The notes: generated by a model not told the origin, from the letters alone. A DNA stretch of 32,000 bases from Nanobdella aerobiophila (GCF_023169545.1 NZ_AP019769.1:150001-182000); one strand, 5' to 3'; counted from the stretch's first letter, positions 8,185 to 17,346 are shown. Numbers and translations: made by a program.

Positions 8185-9597
8185 ATGATTGATAAAGATG
8201 TTATTTTTATAAATGATAAGAGTAATATTGCTTTATGTACTCTTTGGTCTAAGAAGGAGCATATTTTTAATAAAATACCTTTAGATCATAGAAATAAAGT
8301 TAATTCTATTGGAACTCTATACACAATAAATGGTATAAATTATGTCCTACAAACCTTGGGGGAAAGAAATAATATAGATAAGATAATAGTTTATGGACCG
8401 GATCTATCATACTCTGGGGAGGCGCTAATTGATATATTTTCTAAAAAGGATAAAGATACATATAATAAATATAAATTAAGGTTAAAATATGAAGATATAG
8501 AAAATATATTAAATACTGTAAATATAATAGATTTAAGAAAAAATTTTTGGTCTAATGATCTAGATTCTTTATTATTATCTATAGATAATAATTATAGAGA
8601 AAATAAAGGTATTAGAAAAAAAGCAATTCTTAGTATAAATGAAAATGTAGAAGAGATAAGATCATGGCCAATGCAACTTTCTGGTGAATTTATATATGAA
8701 ACATCTGTATTCGCAGCATGGGTAAAAGGTTTATATATAATAAATGAATTTGGAATGACTAAGAATTCCGATTATAATGAAGAAATAAAAGAATTTTTGA
8801 ATTTAATGGTTACAATAGATCTACATGGTAGTAGTTATGAATTAGAAAAGGATTTTTTTCATTATATACAAGAACAAGATTTTAATAAACATATAAAAGG
8901 TCTATCTATACCAGAAGTACCAGAAGGTGTGGATTATACATATGGAAATAGATTATTAAGTTATAATGGCAATCAAATAGAATCAATAATAAATAAACTT
9001 GGTAGAAATGCAAACTCTAGAAGGGCTCTTGGCGTTACATGGGATCCAAAAATTGATCAGGATAGTGTAAATCCTCCATGTATAATATCAATAAATGGAA
9101 ATATTACCGATAATCAATATACTCATACAGTATATATAAGAAGCAATGACTTTTTTAGAGGATGGCCTTTGAATATCTATGGGCAAATCTATCTAGCAAA
9201 ATATATAGTAGATCAGATAAATAAAAGATATGGTAAGAATATAATACTAAAGAATATTACTACAATTTCTACATCCGCTCATGTATATAGTCATGATTTT
9301 GAGTATCTAAAAGATGCATTAGATAAATATGGATATTTAATTAAAAGATTTATACCAGATCCAAAAGGAAATTTTACAATAAAAACTGAAGATGGTAAGA
9401 TTATATTAGAACATAGAACTCCAGATAATACTAGCATAGATTTAAGGTTAAAAGGAGACTTTAATTATATATATAACATGATAAAAGGTTATCCATTTTA
9501 TACTCTACCAAGCCATTCATTATATCTAGGAAAAGAACTAAAAAAAGCAGAGGAAAGTATTCGAGAAGGAAAAAAATATACACAAGATGAGGTATAG
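8185..9597 (+). CDS. thyA: thymidylate synthase (ThyA-like) flanked by an MtrA-like N-terminal domain and a DUF4346-like C-terminal domain
   Basis: The core has 'RRALGVTWDP', 'NPPCIISI' (catalytic Cys) and 'RSNDFFRGWPLNIYG'. The N-terminal segment 'GTLYTINGINYVLQTLGERNNIDKIIVYGPDLSYSGEAL' resembles MtrA-type domains. The C-terminal segment 'DPKGNFTI...HSLYLGKELKKAEESIREGKKYTQDE' resembles the DUF4346 pterin-binding domain; this match is from memory. Confidence 0.75.
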   Translation: MIDKDVIFINDKSNIALCTLWSKKEHIFNKIPLDHRNKVNSIGTLYTINGINYVLQTLGERNNIDKIIVYGPDLSYSGEALIDIFSKKDKDTYNKYKLRLKYEDIENILNTVNIIDLRKNFWSNDLDSLLLSIDNNYRENKGIRKKAILSINENVEEIRSWPMQLSGEFIYETSVFAAWVKGLYIINEFGMTKNSDYNEEIKEFLNLMVTIDLHGSSYELEKDFFHYIQEQDFNKHIKGLSIPEVPEGVDYTYGNRLLSYNGNQIESIINKLGRNANSRRALGVTWDPKIDQDSVNPPCIISINGNITDNQYTHTVYIRSNDFFRGWPLNIYGQIYLAKYIVDQINKRYGKNIILKNITTISTSAHVYSHDFEYLKDALDKYGYLIKRFIPDPKGNFTIKTEDGKIILEHRTPDNTSIDLRLKGDFNYIYNMIKGYPFYTLPSHSLYLGKELKKAEESIREGKKYTQDEV

Positions 9598-9599
9598 AG

Positions 9600-9890
9600 T
9601 TAAAGGAGATTTATCCTTTTTATCTTCCTTAGAGCACCTCTAGCTATTAATTCTTTTTCAATAAATTCTAAAAGGTCAAAAGTGTTAATATATTCAGTAT
9701 AAGATGATAAATTTTGAGGAATTACATTTGATTTGATATCCTCGTAGTATTTAATCAATGTACCTGTAGATGTTGAAGCTAACTTGCATCTTATATCTTT
9801 TAAAAAGTCCTTATCTATGTTTTTTATTTTCTCTTCCATTCTATTACTTATAGTTTTATAATTTATATAGTTTATGTTAACAATAAACAA
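9600..9890 (-). CDS. hypothetical small protein
   Basis: 96-aa ORF downstream of rhomboid on the same strand. A likelier start is the internal 'MEEKIKNID' at 9839. No motif was recognised. Confidence 0.45.
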   Translation of the reverse strand: MFIVNINYINYKTISNRMEEKIKNIDKDFLKDIRCKLASTSTGTLIKYYEDIKSNVIPQNLSSYTEYINTFDLLEFIEKELIARGALRKIKRINLL

Positions 9891-9907
9891 TAAATTAAAA
9901 AACTTAG

Positions 9908-10534
9908 CTACGTACTAATTATAATATCGTCTTCTTTTTTTATACTATATTTTCTTTTTAGTAAATATCCATATAGGAACCCGAATAGAGTTCCTCCAAT
10001 ATGTGCTGAAAATCCTAGATTAGTAAAAGGATAAAATATTCCAATAACATTAAATAATAACCATATTATTGCTCCATATATGATATCTATTGGAATTATA
10101 ATAGGAAATATTATTATCTTTTCTTTTGGTTTTAGTATTGCTAGTGCACCCAATATACCTGAAATAGCACCTGAGGAACCAAGACCTGCAATCATCGGAT
10201 TATTAAAATATTGAATTAGAAATGCTATATTTCCAAAAATACCTGCCAATAAAAATAATATTATCAGATTTTTACTTCCATAATTATATTCAAATAATAA
10301 TCCTAAAAAAAATAATGCTAACCCATCAAATAATAATTGAAATATACTGTTGGGTTCATCAAGAAATAAAGATGTAATAAAGGTCCAAGGATAATTTAAT
10401 GCATAATGTGGGGCAAAGTATAATAATCCAAAAATAGATGGTGGTATGAAAAATTCTAAGATAAAAACTAATACCAAAATTATATCTAATATTATAGTAA
10501 TGGGCTGACCGAAAATTTTCCATATCCTTCGCAT
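9908..10534 (-). CDS. rhomboid family intramembrane serine protease
   Basis: 208 aa, polytopic. It has 'GSSGAISGILGA' (the GxSG catalytic Ser) and a later 'AHIGGTLFG' (the catalytic His helix). Confidence 0.8.
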   Translation of the reverse strand: MRRIWKIFGQPITIILDIILVLVFILEFFIPPSIFGLLYFAPHYALNYPWTFITSLFLDEPNSIFQLLFDGLALFFLGLLFEYNYGSKNLIILFLLAGIFGNIAFLIQYFNNPMIAGLGSSGAISGILGALAILKPKEKIIIFPIIIPIDIIYGAIIWLLFNVIGIFYPFTNLGFSAHIGGTLFGFLYGYLLKRKYSIKKEDDIIIST

Positions 10535-10569
10535 AATTTAAAAAATTGTTATAATATATTTATATTTTA

Positions 10570-13002
10570 ATGAGATTAGATCCAGATATAAAGCCAATAA
10601 AATATTCAATAAGCCTAAATATTGATATAGGTAAATTAGAGTACTTAGGATATGAAGAGATATCCATCAAATTTAATAGACCAAAAGATAGGATAATAAT
10701 AAATTCTAAGGATATAAAGATTAGTAAGGTTAAATTTGATAATTTATTTGTAGATTTTAGGCAAGTTGGAGACGATTTATTAGAAATAAACTTGAAAAAG
10801 AAATATAGTGGCGAAGGAAAATTATATATATCATTTAAGGGTAAGATAAGAAATGATTTAATTGGCTTTTATATTAGTAATGGGGAAGATAAAATATTAA
10901 CTACTCAATTTGAACCTACGTATGCAAGATATTTTATACCATGTTTCGATGAGCCAATATTTAAGGCAAGGTTCCAATTGAAAGTTTCTGTAGATAAAAA
11001 TTATGATGTGATATCAAATACAGATATAGAATCGGAGGATATAAATAATAATATAAAAACAGTAAAATTTAAAGAGACACCACTTATGTCTACATATTTA
11101 TTATATTTAGGCGTTGGAAAATTTGATTATTTAGAAGATAAGTATAACAATAAGAAAATAAGAGTTGTTGCAGATGGAGGTAAGGCAAAAGATGGAGAAT
11201 TCGCTTTAAATTTTCTGAAAGAGGTATTAAAATATTATGAAAAGTATTCTACAATAGATTATCCATTAAAGAAGTTAGATCTGATCGCTGTTCCAGATTT
11301 TGCAGCAGGGGCGATGGAAAATTGGGGAGCTATTACATTTAGAGAAACTGCTTTATTATATAATGATAAGTTATATTCTAATTCTCAAAAGGTAAGAACT
11401 ATGGAGATTATAGCTCATGAGTTATGGCATCAATGGTCAGGAAATCTAGTGACAATGAAATGGTGGGATGATTTATGGTTAAATGAATCCTTTGCTACAT
11501 ATATGGCTTACAAGGCTATAGATGAATTATATAAAGATGAAGATGTATCAAAAGGTAGATTTTATTTATTGGAAAAATATAATGCTAAATTTGCAGATGG
11601 CATTATCTTTACACATCCAATAAAAGTTAAAGTTGAGAAAGAAAAAGAAATTGAAAGTATATTTGATGATATAAGCTATGGTAAAGGAGCTAGTATATTA
11701 AATATGATTGATAGTTTTATTGGCTATGATAATTTTAGATTAGCTGTAATTAATTATCTGAATAAATATAAATATTATAATGCTTCTGCAGAGGATCTAT
11801 TTAAGGAATTTGAACTTATATCTGGTAGAGATATAAAATCAATGATAGAAAGGTGGATAAATAAAGCTGGATATCCAATCATAGAGGTAAACTATAATAG
11901 AGATATAATTAGTTTAAATCAATCGAGATTTGTTTTTAATAGAAAAGAAAATTCTAAATGGATAGTACCTATATTTCTAGATATACAAGATGAAAATATA
12001 AATACATTATTTAATAGAGGGAGGGGAAGGATAATATTAAAAAGAGAACCAGATTATTTTTCTATAAATAGAGACGGCATAGGATTTTATGTATCTAATT
12101 ATAATAATATGAATTATATAATTAATGGATTAAAAAATAATAAATTCTCATATTTAACAAGGGGAAATATACTATATGATGAATATTTATTGAATTTATT
12201 TGATAAGGTAAAAATAAATAAATTATTAGATCTATTAGATTATTTTAAAGATGAAGATAACTGGTTTGTATTAAATATAATCTATAATATATTATATAGT
12301 ATAAATATCCATTTTAATTTAGAAACAAAATCATTTTTAAAGAGGTATGAAGATATATTTAATAAGCTATCTAATATTGAGCCAAATAATTATAGTAGTT
12401 TGATTAAAAAATATTTATATTATAATTATTATTCACAAATAAGGGATTACTCGATTATAGAAGATAGTTTAAGTAAATTTAAATCTTGGGACAAAATAGA
12501 TAATAATGATAGATTAATAATATCTGAAGTTGTCGGTACTCATGGAGGGATTTCCGAATTTAAAAAATTTTTAGAACATTATCAGAAGACAACTAATCCG
12601 GAAGAAAAGAATATAATATTAAGGGGTCTAACTAGTTTTAGAAGGGGTAGTTTAATATTAGATCTATTAGATAAGACAGTTGATGGTACCATAAGATTAC
12701 AAGATTGGAGAACTGTCTTTTCATATCTAACAAAAAACCCTGAAAGTCGTTTTATATTATATGAATGGTTTAAGGATAATATTGGTGAGATAAAGAAATA
12801 TGAAAAAGCATATATGATAATTAGAGATATATTTTATAGCTTTTTTAATATATATACCGGAGATATATCAAGAGAAATAAAAGATTATATAATTAAACAG
12901 TTTCCAACATATAAAAATGAAATACTGAAGTACTATAGTTATTCTGAGATATATACGAATTGGATAAAAAAGAATAAAGATATAATATATAATATAATAT
13001 AA
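10570..13002 (+). CDS. M1 family zinc aminopeptidase (aminopeptidase N / tricorn-interacting factor F3-like)
   Basis: 810 aa. It has the 'GAMENWG' exopeptidase motif and 'HELWHQWSGNLVTMKWWDDLWLNESFA' (HExxH-x18-E). Confidence 0.9.
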   Translation: MRLDPDIKPIKYSISLNIDIGKLEYLGYEEISIKFNRPKDRIIINSKDIKISKVKFDNLFVDFRQVGDDLLEINLKKKYSGEGKLYISFKGKIRNDLIGFYISNGEDKILTTQFEPTYARYFIPCFDEPIFKARFQLKVSVDKNYDVISNTDIESEDINNNIKTVKFKETPLMSTYLLYLGVGKFDYLEDKYNNKKIRVVADGGKAKDGEFALNFLKEVLKYYEKYSTIDYPLKKLDLIAVPDFAAGAMENWGAITFRETALLYNDKLYSNSQKVRTMEIIAHELWHQWSGNLVTMKWWDDLWLNESFATYMAYKAIDELYKDEDVSKGRFYLLEKYNAKFADGIIFTHPIKVKVEKEKEIESIFDDISYGKGASILNMIDSFIGYDNFRLAVINYLNKYKYYNASAEDLFKEFELISGRDIKSMIERWINKAGYPIIEVNYNRDIISLNQSRFVFNRKENSKWIVPIFLDIQDENINTLFNRGRGRIILKREPDYFSINRDGIGFYVSNYNNMNYIINGLKNNKFSYLTRGNILYDEYLLNLFDKVKINKLLDLLDYFKDEDNWFVLNIIYNILYSINIHFNLETKSFLKRYEDIFNKLSNIEPNNYSSLIKKYLYYNYYSQIRDYSIIEDSLSKFKSWDKIDNNDRLIISEVVGTHGGISEFKKFLEHYQKTTNPEEKNIILRGLTSFRRGSLILDLLDKTVDGTIRLQDWRTVFSYLTKNPESRFILYEWFKDNIGEIKKYEKAYMIIRDIFYSFFNIYTGDISREIKDYIIKQFPTYKNEILKYYSYSEIYTNWIKKNKDIIYNII

Positions 13003-15128
13003 TGGATAAAGATATAATTATAGTAACTTCTGCACTACCTTATGTAAATAATGTACCGCATATAGGTAATATAATAGGAAGCTTATTACCATCTGATATA
13101 TTTGCAAGATATAATAGGATGAAAGGTAATATAGTATTCTATTTATGTGGTACGGATGATCATGGATCTACTACTGAAGTAGAAGCAATAAAATATAATA
13201 TGAAACCATCAGAAGTAGTAAGATATTTTCATAATATACACGAAAAAATATACAAATGGTTTAATTTTTCTTTTGATATATTTAGTGGAACTTCTAACAA
13301 TAATATACATTATAGAATTACACAGGAATTTTTTATAAAATCTTTTATTAATGGTTATATAACCGAAAAAGAGGTAGAATTACCATATGACCCGCAATGG
13401 AGTAAATTTTTATCAGATAGATTTGTTGTAGGTACATGTCCATATTGTAATTATGAGAATGCGAAGGGAGATCAATGTGAAGCATGTGGGCGATTATTGG
13501 ATCCTAAAGAATTAATTAATCCTAAAAATGCAATAACTAAGAATCCAGTAATATTTAAGAAGACTAGACATCTTTATTTAAATCTTACAAAACTAGAGGA
13601 TAACATAAAAAAATATCTGGAAACGAAAAAAAGCATATTTACTGATCTGGCGATTAGTATGTCTTTAGGGTGGGTTAAAGAAGGATTAAAAGAGAGGAGT
13701 ATAACAAGAGATTTATCATTTGGTGTACCAGTACCTTATAATGATCTTTGGTTAGCATTAAGGAAGAAAATATTTAATGAATTGGATTTTACCTCCAAGG
13801 AAAAGTTCTTAGATTCATTTATTAATTCACTAAAAGGAAATAATTTACTAGTTCCAGAGGAAGAATATATTAAAATTAAAACTATAGTGGAAGAAAATTG
13901 GCCTCAAATTGATAATATATTAAATAAATACAACTATTTTGAATCTTATAATAATAAAGTATTATATGTATGGTATGATGCATTGATAGGATATATATCT
14001 TTTACTGCGCAATCACTAAGAAAAGAATATAGAAAGGAAGATCTGATTAATATTGATTTGTCTGGCATTAAAGTATTGGAAGAAGGCGAGAATTTTATAA
14101 AGTTAAATATAGATGGTACAGATTATAGAGTAGAATATACTATAGATAATAAAAATGTGTGGATAAAAATTGATAACAACTTTAAGAATCTTGAAAAGAT
14201 CGCAGGATTCTTATTAAGTAAAGGCTTTGAAAATGTAAAATTTAATATAGATTGGAGTTATTTATGGAAAAATGGGAAGATATATCATTTCTTAGGTAAG
14301 GATAATATACCTTTTCATGCAGTATTTTGGCCAGGTATATTATTATCAACATATAATGTTCCAGAAGATTATAAAGAATTTTTTAATTATACTGATTTAG
14401 AAAATTATAATTTACCATATAATGTTATAGGATTATCTTATCTACTGTATGAAGGTAAAAAGATAAGTAAAAGTCAAAATTGGGGTATATTTTGCGATAG
14501 CTTAATTGATTCTGATCTGGAACCTGACTATTGGAGATTTTATTTATCATATATAATTCCATATAGTAAAGATTCTGATTTTAAATGGTCTGAATTTAAA
14601 GAAATAATAAATAAAGAACTGGTAAATAATATTGGAAATATGGAGTATAGAGTCTTGTCTTTCATAAATAGATATTATAATGGTAGGATTGCAGGAAGAT
14701 TAAATGATAACATAAAAAGCAAGATAAAGGAGGTATTTGATAATTATAATAATTATATGGAAAAAGGTGAATTTCATATGGCATTAAGAAATATACTAGA
14801 ACTAGGTAATTATGGCAATAAAATATTTCAAGATAATAAACCATGGGAAAGCCCTGAAAAATATAGAGATTTATTATATTCTTTATTAATATTAATAATA
14901 TATACATATTTAATGTTATATCCATTTACGCCAACTTTTTATGATAAGTTTATAGATAATATAAATATTAAAATATATAATTTTGATGAACTAAATAAAT
15001 TATTGAACAATAATATTGAATTTACTGTAAATAATAATATAAGGCCCCTGTTTATGAAAGTTGATGATTCAATTATAGATAAAATATCTAGTATAGTAAC
15101 TCGACCCAAAAACCATTTAATAAGATAA
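13002..15128 (+). CDS. metG: methionyl-tRNA synthetase
   Basis: It has 'PHIGNIIG' (HIGH), zinc knuckles 'CPYCNYENAKGDQCEACG', 'YVWYDALIGYIS', 'GKDNIPFHAVFWP' and 'KISKSQN' (KMSKS). The start overlaps the aminopeptidase stop (TAATG). Confidence 0.9.
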   Translation: MDKDIIIVTSALPYVNNVPHIGNIIGSLLPSDIFARYNRMKGNIVFYLCGTDDHGSTTEVEAIKYNMKPSEVVRYFHNIHEKIYKWFNFSFDIFSGTSNNNIHYRITQEFFIKSFINGYITEKEVELPYDPQWSKFLSDRFVVGTCPYCNYENAKGDQCEACGRLLDPKELINPKNAITKNPVIFKKTRHLYLNLTKLEDNIKKYLETKKSIFTDLAISMSLGWVKEGLKERSITRDLSFGVPVPYNDLWLALRKKIFNELDFTSKEKFLDSFINSLKGNNLLVPEEEYIKIKTIVEENWPQIDNILNKYNYFESYNNKVLYVWYDALIGYISFTAQSLRKEYRKEDLINIDLSGIKVLEEGENFIKLNIDGTDYRVEYTIDNKNVWIKIDNNFKNLEKIAGFLLSKGFENVKFNIDWSYLWKNGKIYHFLGKDNIPFHAVFWPGILLSTYNVPEDYKEFFNYTDLENYNLPYNVIGLSYLLYEGKKISKSQNWGIFCDSLIDSDLEPDYWRFYLSYIIPYSKDSDFKWSEFKEIINKELVNNIGNMEYRVLSFINRYYNGRIAGRLNDNIKSKIKEVFDNYNNYMEKGEFHMALRNILELGNYGNKIFQDNKPWESPEKYRDLLYSLLILIIYTYLMLYPFTPTFYDKFIDNINIKIYNFDELNKLLNNNIEFTVNNNIRPLFMKVDDSIIDKISSIVTRPKNHLIR

Positions 15129-15741
15129 ATATTTAAATAAAAAAAATATTTAATATATATGAATAAGGCCGATGAAGATCCGAACCTTAATATTATCACA
15201 AATAAATTATTTTATATTTATAAGATTATAGTCCCCTTTATTGTTTCTTTTCTTCTTTCTTTTTGTCTTTCTTTTCTGCCATACTTTATTATTTCTGAGA
15301 AATCCTTAAAAATTTATCATTTGTAGGCGATGTATAAAGATTACTAAATTGTAGTAAAACTGTATAAAGGTTAATGATTTATAAATAGGTATTAAAAAGC
15401 ATATTTATAAATATTTATATTTCTATCTTGTTTATAAATACTGCTTATTTTATAAATAATGAATATCGACCTGCTTATATCTAGTTGCATATTTCAATTT
15501 TCTGAATCAATATGTATAGTATAAAGTATCATATAAGTATAGTCAAGTAATTTGGTCGTGTTATTACTGGTTGATATTAATTAAGGATGAAAATTCAAAG
15601 ATATATATTTTAAACATATCTTATATCATAAATTATTTTTTTATTTATCTGAATTATTATAAAATATCTTTATTTTAAACAAGTTCATTGTATTGATGTT
15701 TTTAGATATATTTTTATATTGTCTCATTAAAATATTTTTTT

Positions 15742-16668
15742 ATGTCTTATGATATTATAGGTGATATAGCTGTAATAAAGAAACCTATGAAGTTAAGGGA
15801 AGAAGAGTATATTAAAGAAATAAGAAATAGATATAAGTTTATAAAGACAATATTATTGCAAGAAACAGATGTTTTACCTCCTTATAGGGTACCAAAATAT
15901 AGAGTATTATATGGGGAAGATAAGACTGAAACGATAAGTATAGAATATGGTCTAAAGTTTAAGGTAGATGTTGTTAGAACCTATTATTCTCCTAGATTGA
16001 GTAATGAAAGATATAGGATTGCAAAAGAAGTAAAGGAAGAAGAGGTATTGGTTATGTTTTCTGGTGTAAATGTATATCCAATATATATATCAAAATTTTC
16101 AAATGCTAAAAAAATATATTCAATAGAATGGAACCCTTTTGCTGTAAAATATGGTTTAGAAAATCTAAGATTAAATAAAATAAATAATGTTATAACATTT
16201 TTAGGAGATGTAAGAGATATATATTTATATATAGGTAATTTGGAAGATAGAGATGCCATAATAAATAACAATATTGATTATATAAATGATATAATATATT
16301 CTAATATTGAAGTAAATAACATATATTATTATGAAGAAAATGAATTAATAAAGAATATTAAATATAATAAAATTAAAAAAATAGATTTTATAAATAAGTC
16401 TATTAAATTATTCGATAGGATAATAATGCCGCTGCCGAAAGAGAGTCATAATTTTTTAGAATATGCAATACCATTAATAAAAAGTAATGGTATTATACAT
16501 TTATATCAGTTTTTTAGAGAAGAAGAAATAGAAAACAATTCTTATAATTTATTGGATGAATATTCGAAAAAACTAAATTTTGAGTATGAAATATTAAAAA
16601 TTCTTAAAGTCGGCGATATAGCACCTGGAATATACAGGGTATGTATTGATTTTAAAGTTATAAAATAA
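15742..16668 (+). CDS. Trm5/Taw2-type class I tRNA methyltransferase (Met-10+ family)
   Basis: It starts 'MSYDIIGDIAVIK' and has 'YYSPRLSNER', the SAM-fold segment 'VLVMFSGVNVYPI' and 'FDRIIMPLPK' (an NLPK-like motif). Confidence 0.75.
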   Translation: MSYDIIGDIAVIKKPMKLREEEYIKEIRNRYKFIKTILLQETDVLPPYRVPKYRVLYGEDKTETISIEYGLKFKVDVVRTYYSPRLSNERYRIAKEVKEEEVLVMFSGVNVYPIYISKFSNAKKIYSIEWNPFAVKYGLENLRLNKINNVITFLGDVRDIYLYIGNLEDRDAIINNNIDYINDIIYSNIEVNNIYYYEENELIKNIKYNKIKKIDFINKSIKLFDRIIMPLPKESHNFLEYAIPLIKSNGIIHLYQFFREEEIENNSYNLLDEYSKKLNFEYEILKILKVGDIAPGIYRVCIDFKVIK

Positions 16669-16700
16669 TTTTTTAAATTTTGTAGGTCAAATATATCTCT

Positions 16701-17144
16701 ATGAGATCTGATGCATTAACTGTAATAATAATTATAATGGGTATAGTGATAGTTATATTGTTACTATTAGTATTGTTTGTTCCTGCTAAGGATATTTTTA
16801 AAGGATCAGCTTCAAATAATTATATAGTATCGTATAAAGTTTCTTATATGTATTATTCTAATTATAATATATACGCAGTAATATATAATAATGGAAATGT
16901 TAATATAGATCCTTCAAAATATAGTGTTCAAGCAGAATATTATCCTTATGGATATGAATATAATTGTAATATAGATAGTAATGGATTAATATACAATAAT
17001 AGCCAATCAACAGTTGTGGTTAATTGTACGAATAACAAGGAAATATTTGATAATCTATTATCCAATAATGGATATTATATATTCTCATTCAACTATAATA
17101 ATAATATAGAAACATATAATTTATCATCAGATCTAATGAAATAG
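16701..17144 (+). CDS. small secreted or anchored protein, pilin/FlaF-FlaG-like build
   Basis: 147 aa. The N-terminus 'MRSDALTVIIIIMGIVIVILLLLVLFV' is followed by a beta-rich N/Y/S domain ('IYAVIYNNGNVNIDPSKYSV'). Its TAG stop abuts the tRNA-Arg 3' end. Confidence 0.5.
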   Translation: MRSDALTVIIIIMGIVIVILLLLVLFVPAKDIFKGSASNNYIVSYKVSYMYYSNYNIYAVIYNNGNVNIDPSKYSVQAEYYPYGYEYNCNIDSNGLIYNNSQSTVVVNCTNNKEIFDNLLSNNGYYIFSFNYNNNIETYNLSSDLMK

Positions 17145-17219
17145 CGGACCCAGGGGGATTCGAACCCCCGACCTACGGCTTAGAAGGCCGTCGCTCTATC
17201 CATGCTGAGCTATAGGTCC
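17145..17219 (-). tRNA. tRNA-Arg (anticodon TCT)
   Basis: The reverse complement folds by hand into a 75-nt cloverleaf. The acceptor stem is GGACCTA/TGGGTCC. The D arm is GCTC-AGCATGGATA-GAGC. The anticodon arm is ACGGC-CTTCTAA-GCCGT. The T arm is GGGGG-TTCGAAT-CCCCC. The discriminator is G and no CCA is encoded. Confidence 0.9.
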
Positions 17220-17263
17220 ATGGATAGATTATAATATTTTATACTTTCTTATTATAAGTCTTT

Positions 17264-17316
17264 TATCTGCATATCGATGTTTCATCATATCTCAGTAATG
17301 CCTTGCTTCTTCACTT
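17264..17316 (-). ncRNA. C/D-box sRNA candidate 1
   Basis: The minus strand reads GUGAAGA-12 nt-CUGA-gau-AUGAUGA-12 nt-CAGA. The box set is identical to the locus at 27760-27812, but the guides are unrelated. Confidence 0.65.
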
Positions 17317-17337
17317 TATATTATATTTATTATATCC

Positions 17338-17346
17338 TTTATAAAA
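17338..17346 (-). promoter_or_regulatory. TATA-like element for sRNA candidate 1
   Basis: The minus strand reads TTTTATAAA, 24 nt upstream of the C box. This is the usual archaeal TATA-to-start spacing. Confidence 0.35.

Noticed and set aside
13740-14249. The MetRS insertions as inteins.
   Set aside because: There is no Cys/Ser/Thr at an N-extein junction with a terminal His-Asn plus Cys/Ser/Thr. There are no homing-endonuclease motifs. The sizes (about 70-80 aa) are below those of mini-inteins.
15166-15190. tRNA-like fragment or split-tRNA 3' half. The minus strand reads AAGGTTCGGATCTTCATCGGCCTT, with a TTCGGAT loop resembling a T-loop.
   Set aside because: The would-be T stem has two mismatches. 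The conserved A58 position is G. The acceptor strand has no partner nearby. The stems are far weaker than in the two genuine GC-rich tRNAs in this window. At most it is a decayed remnant.
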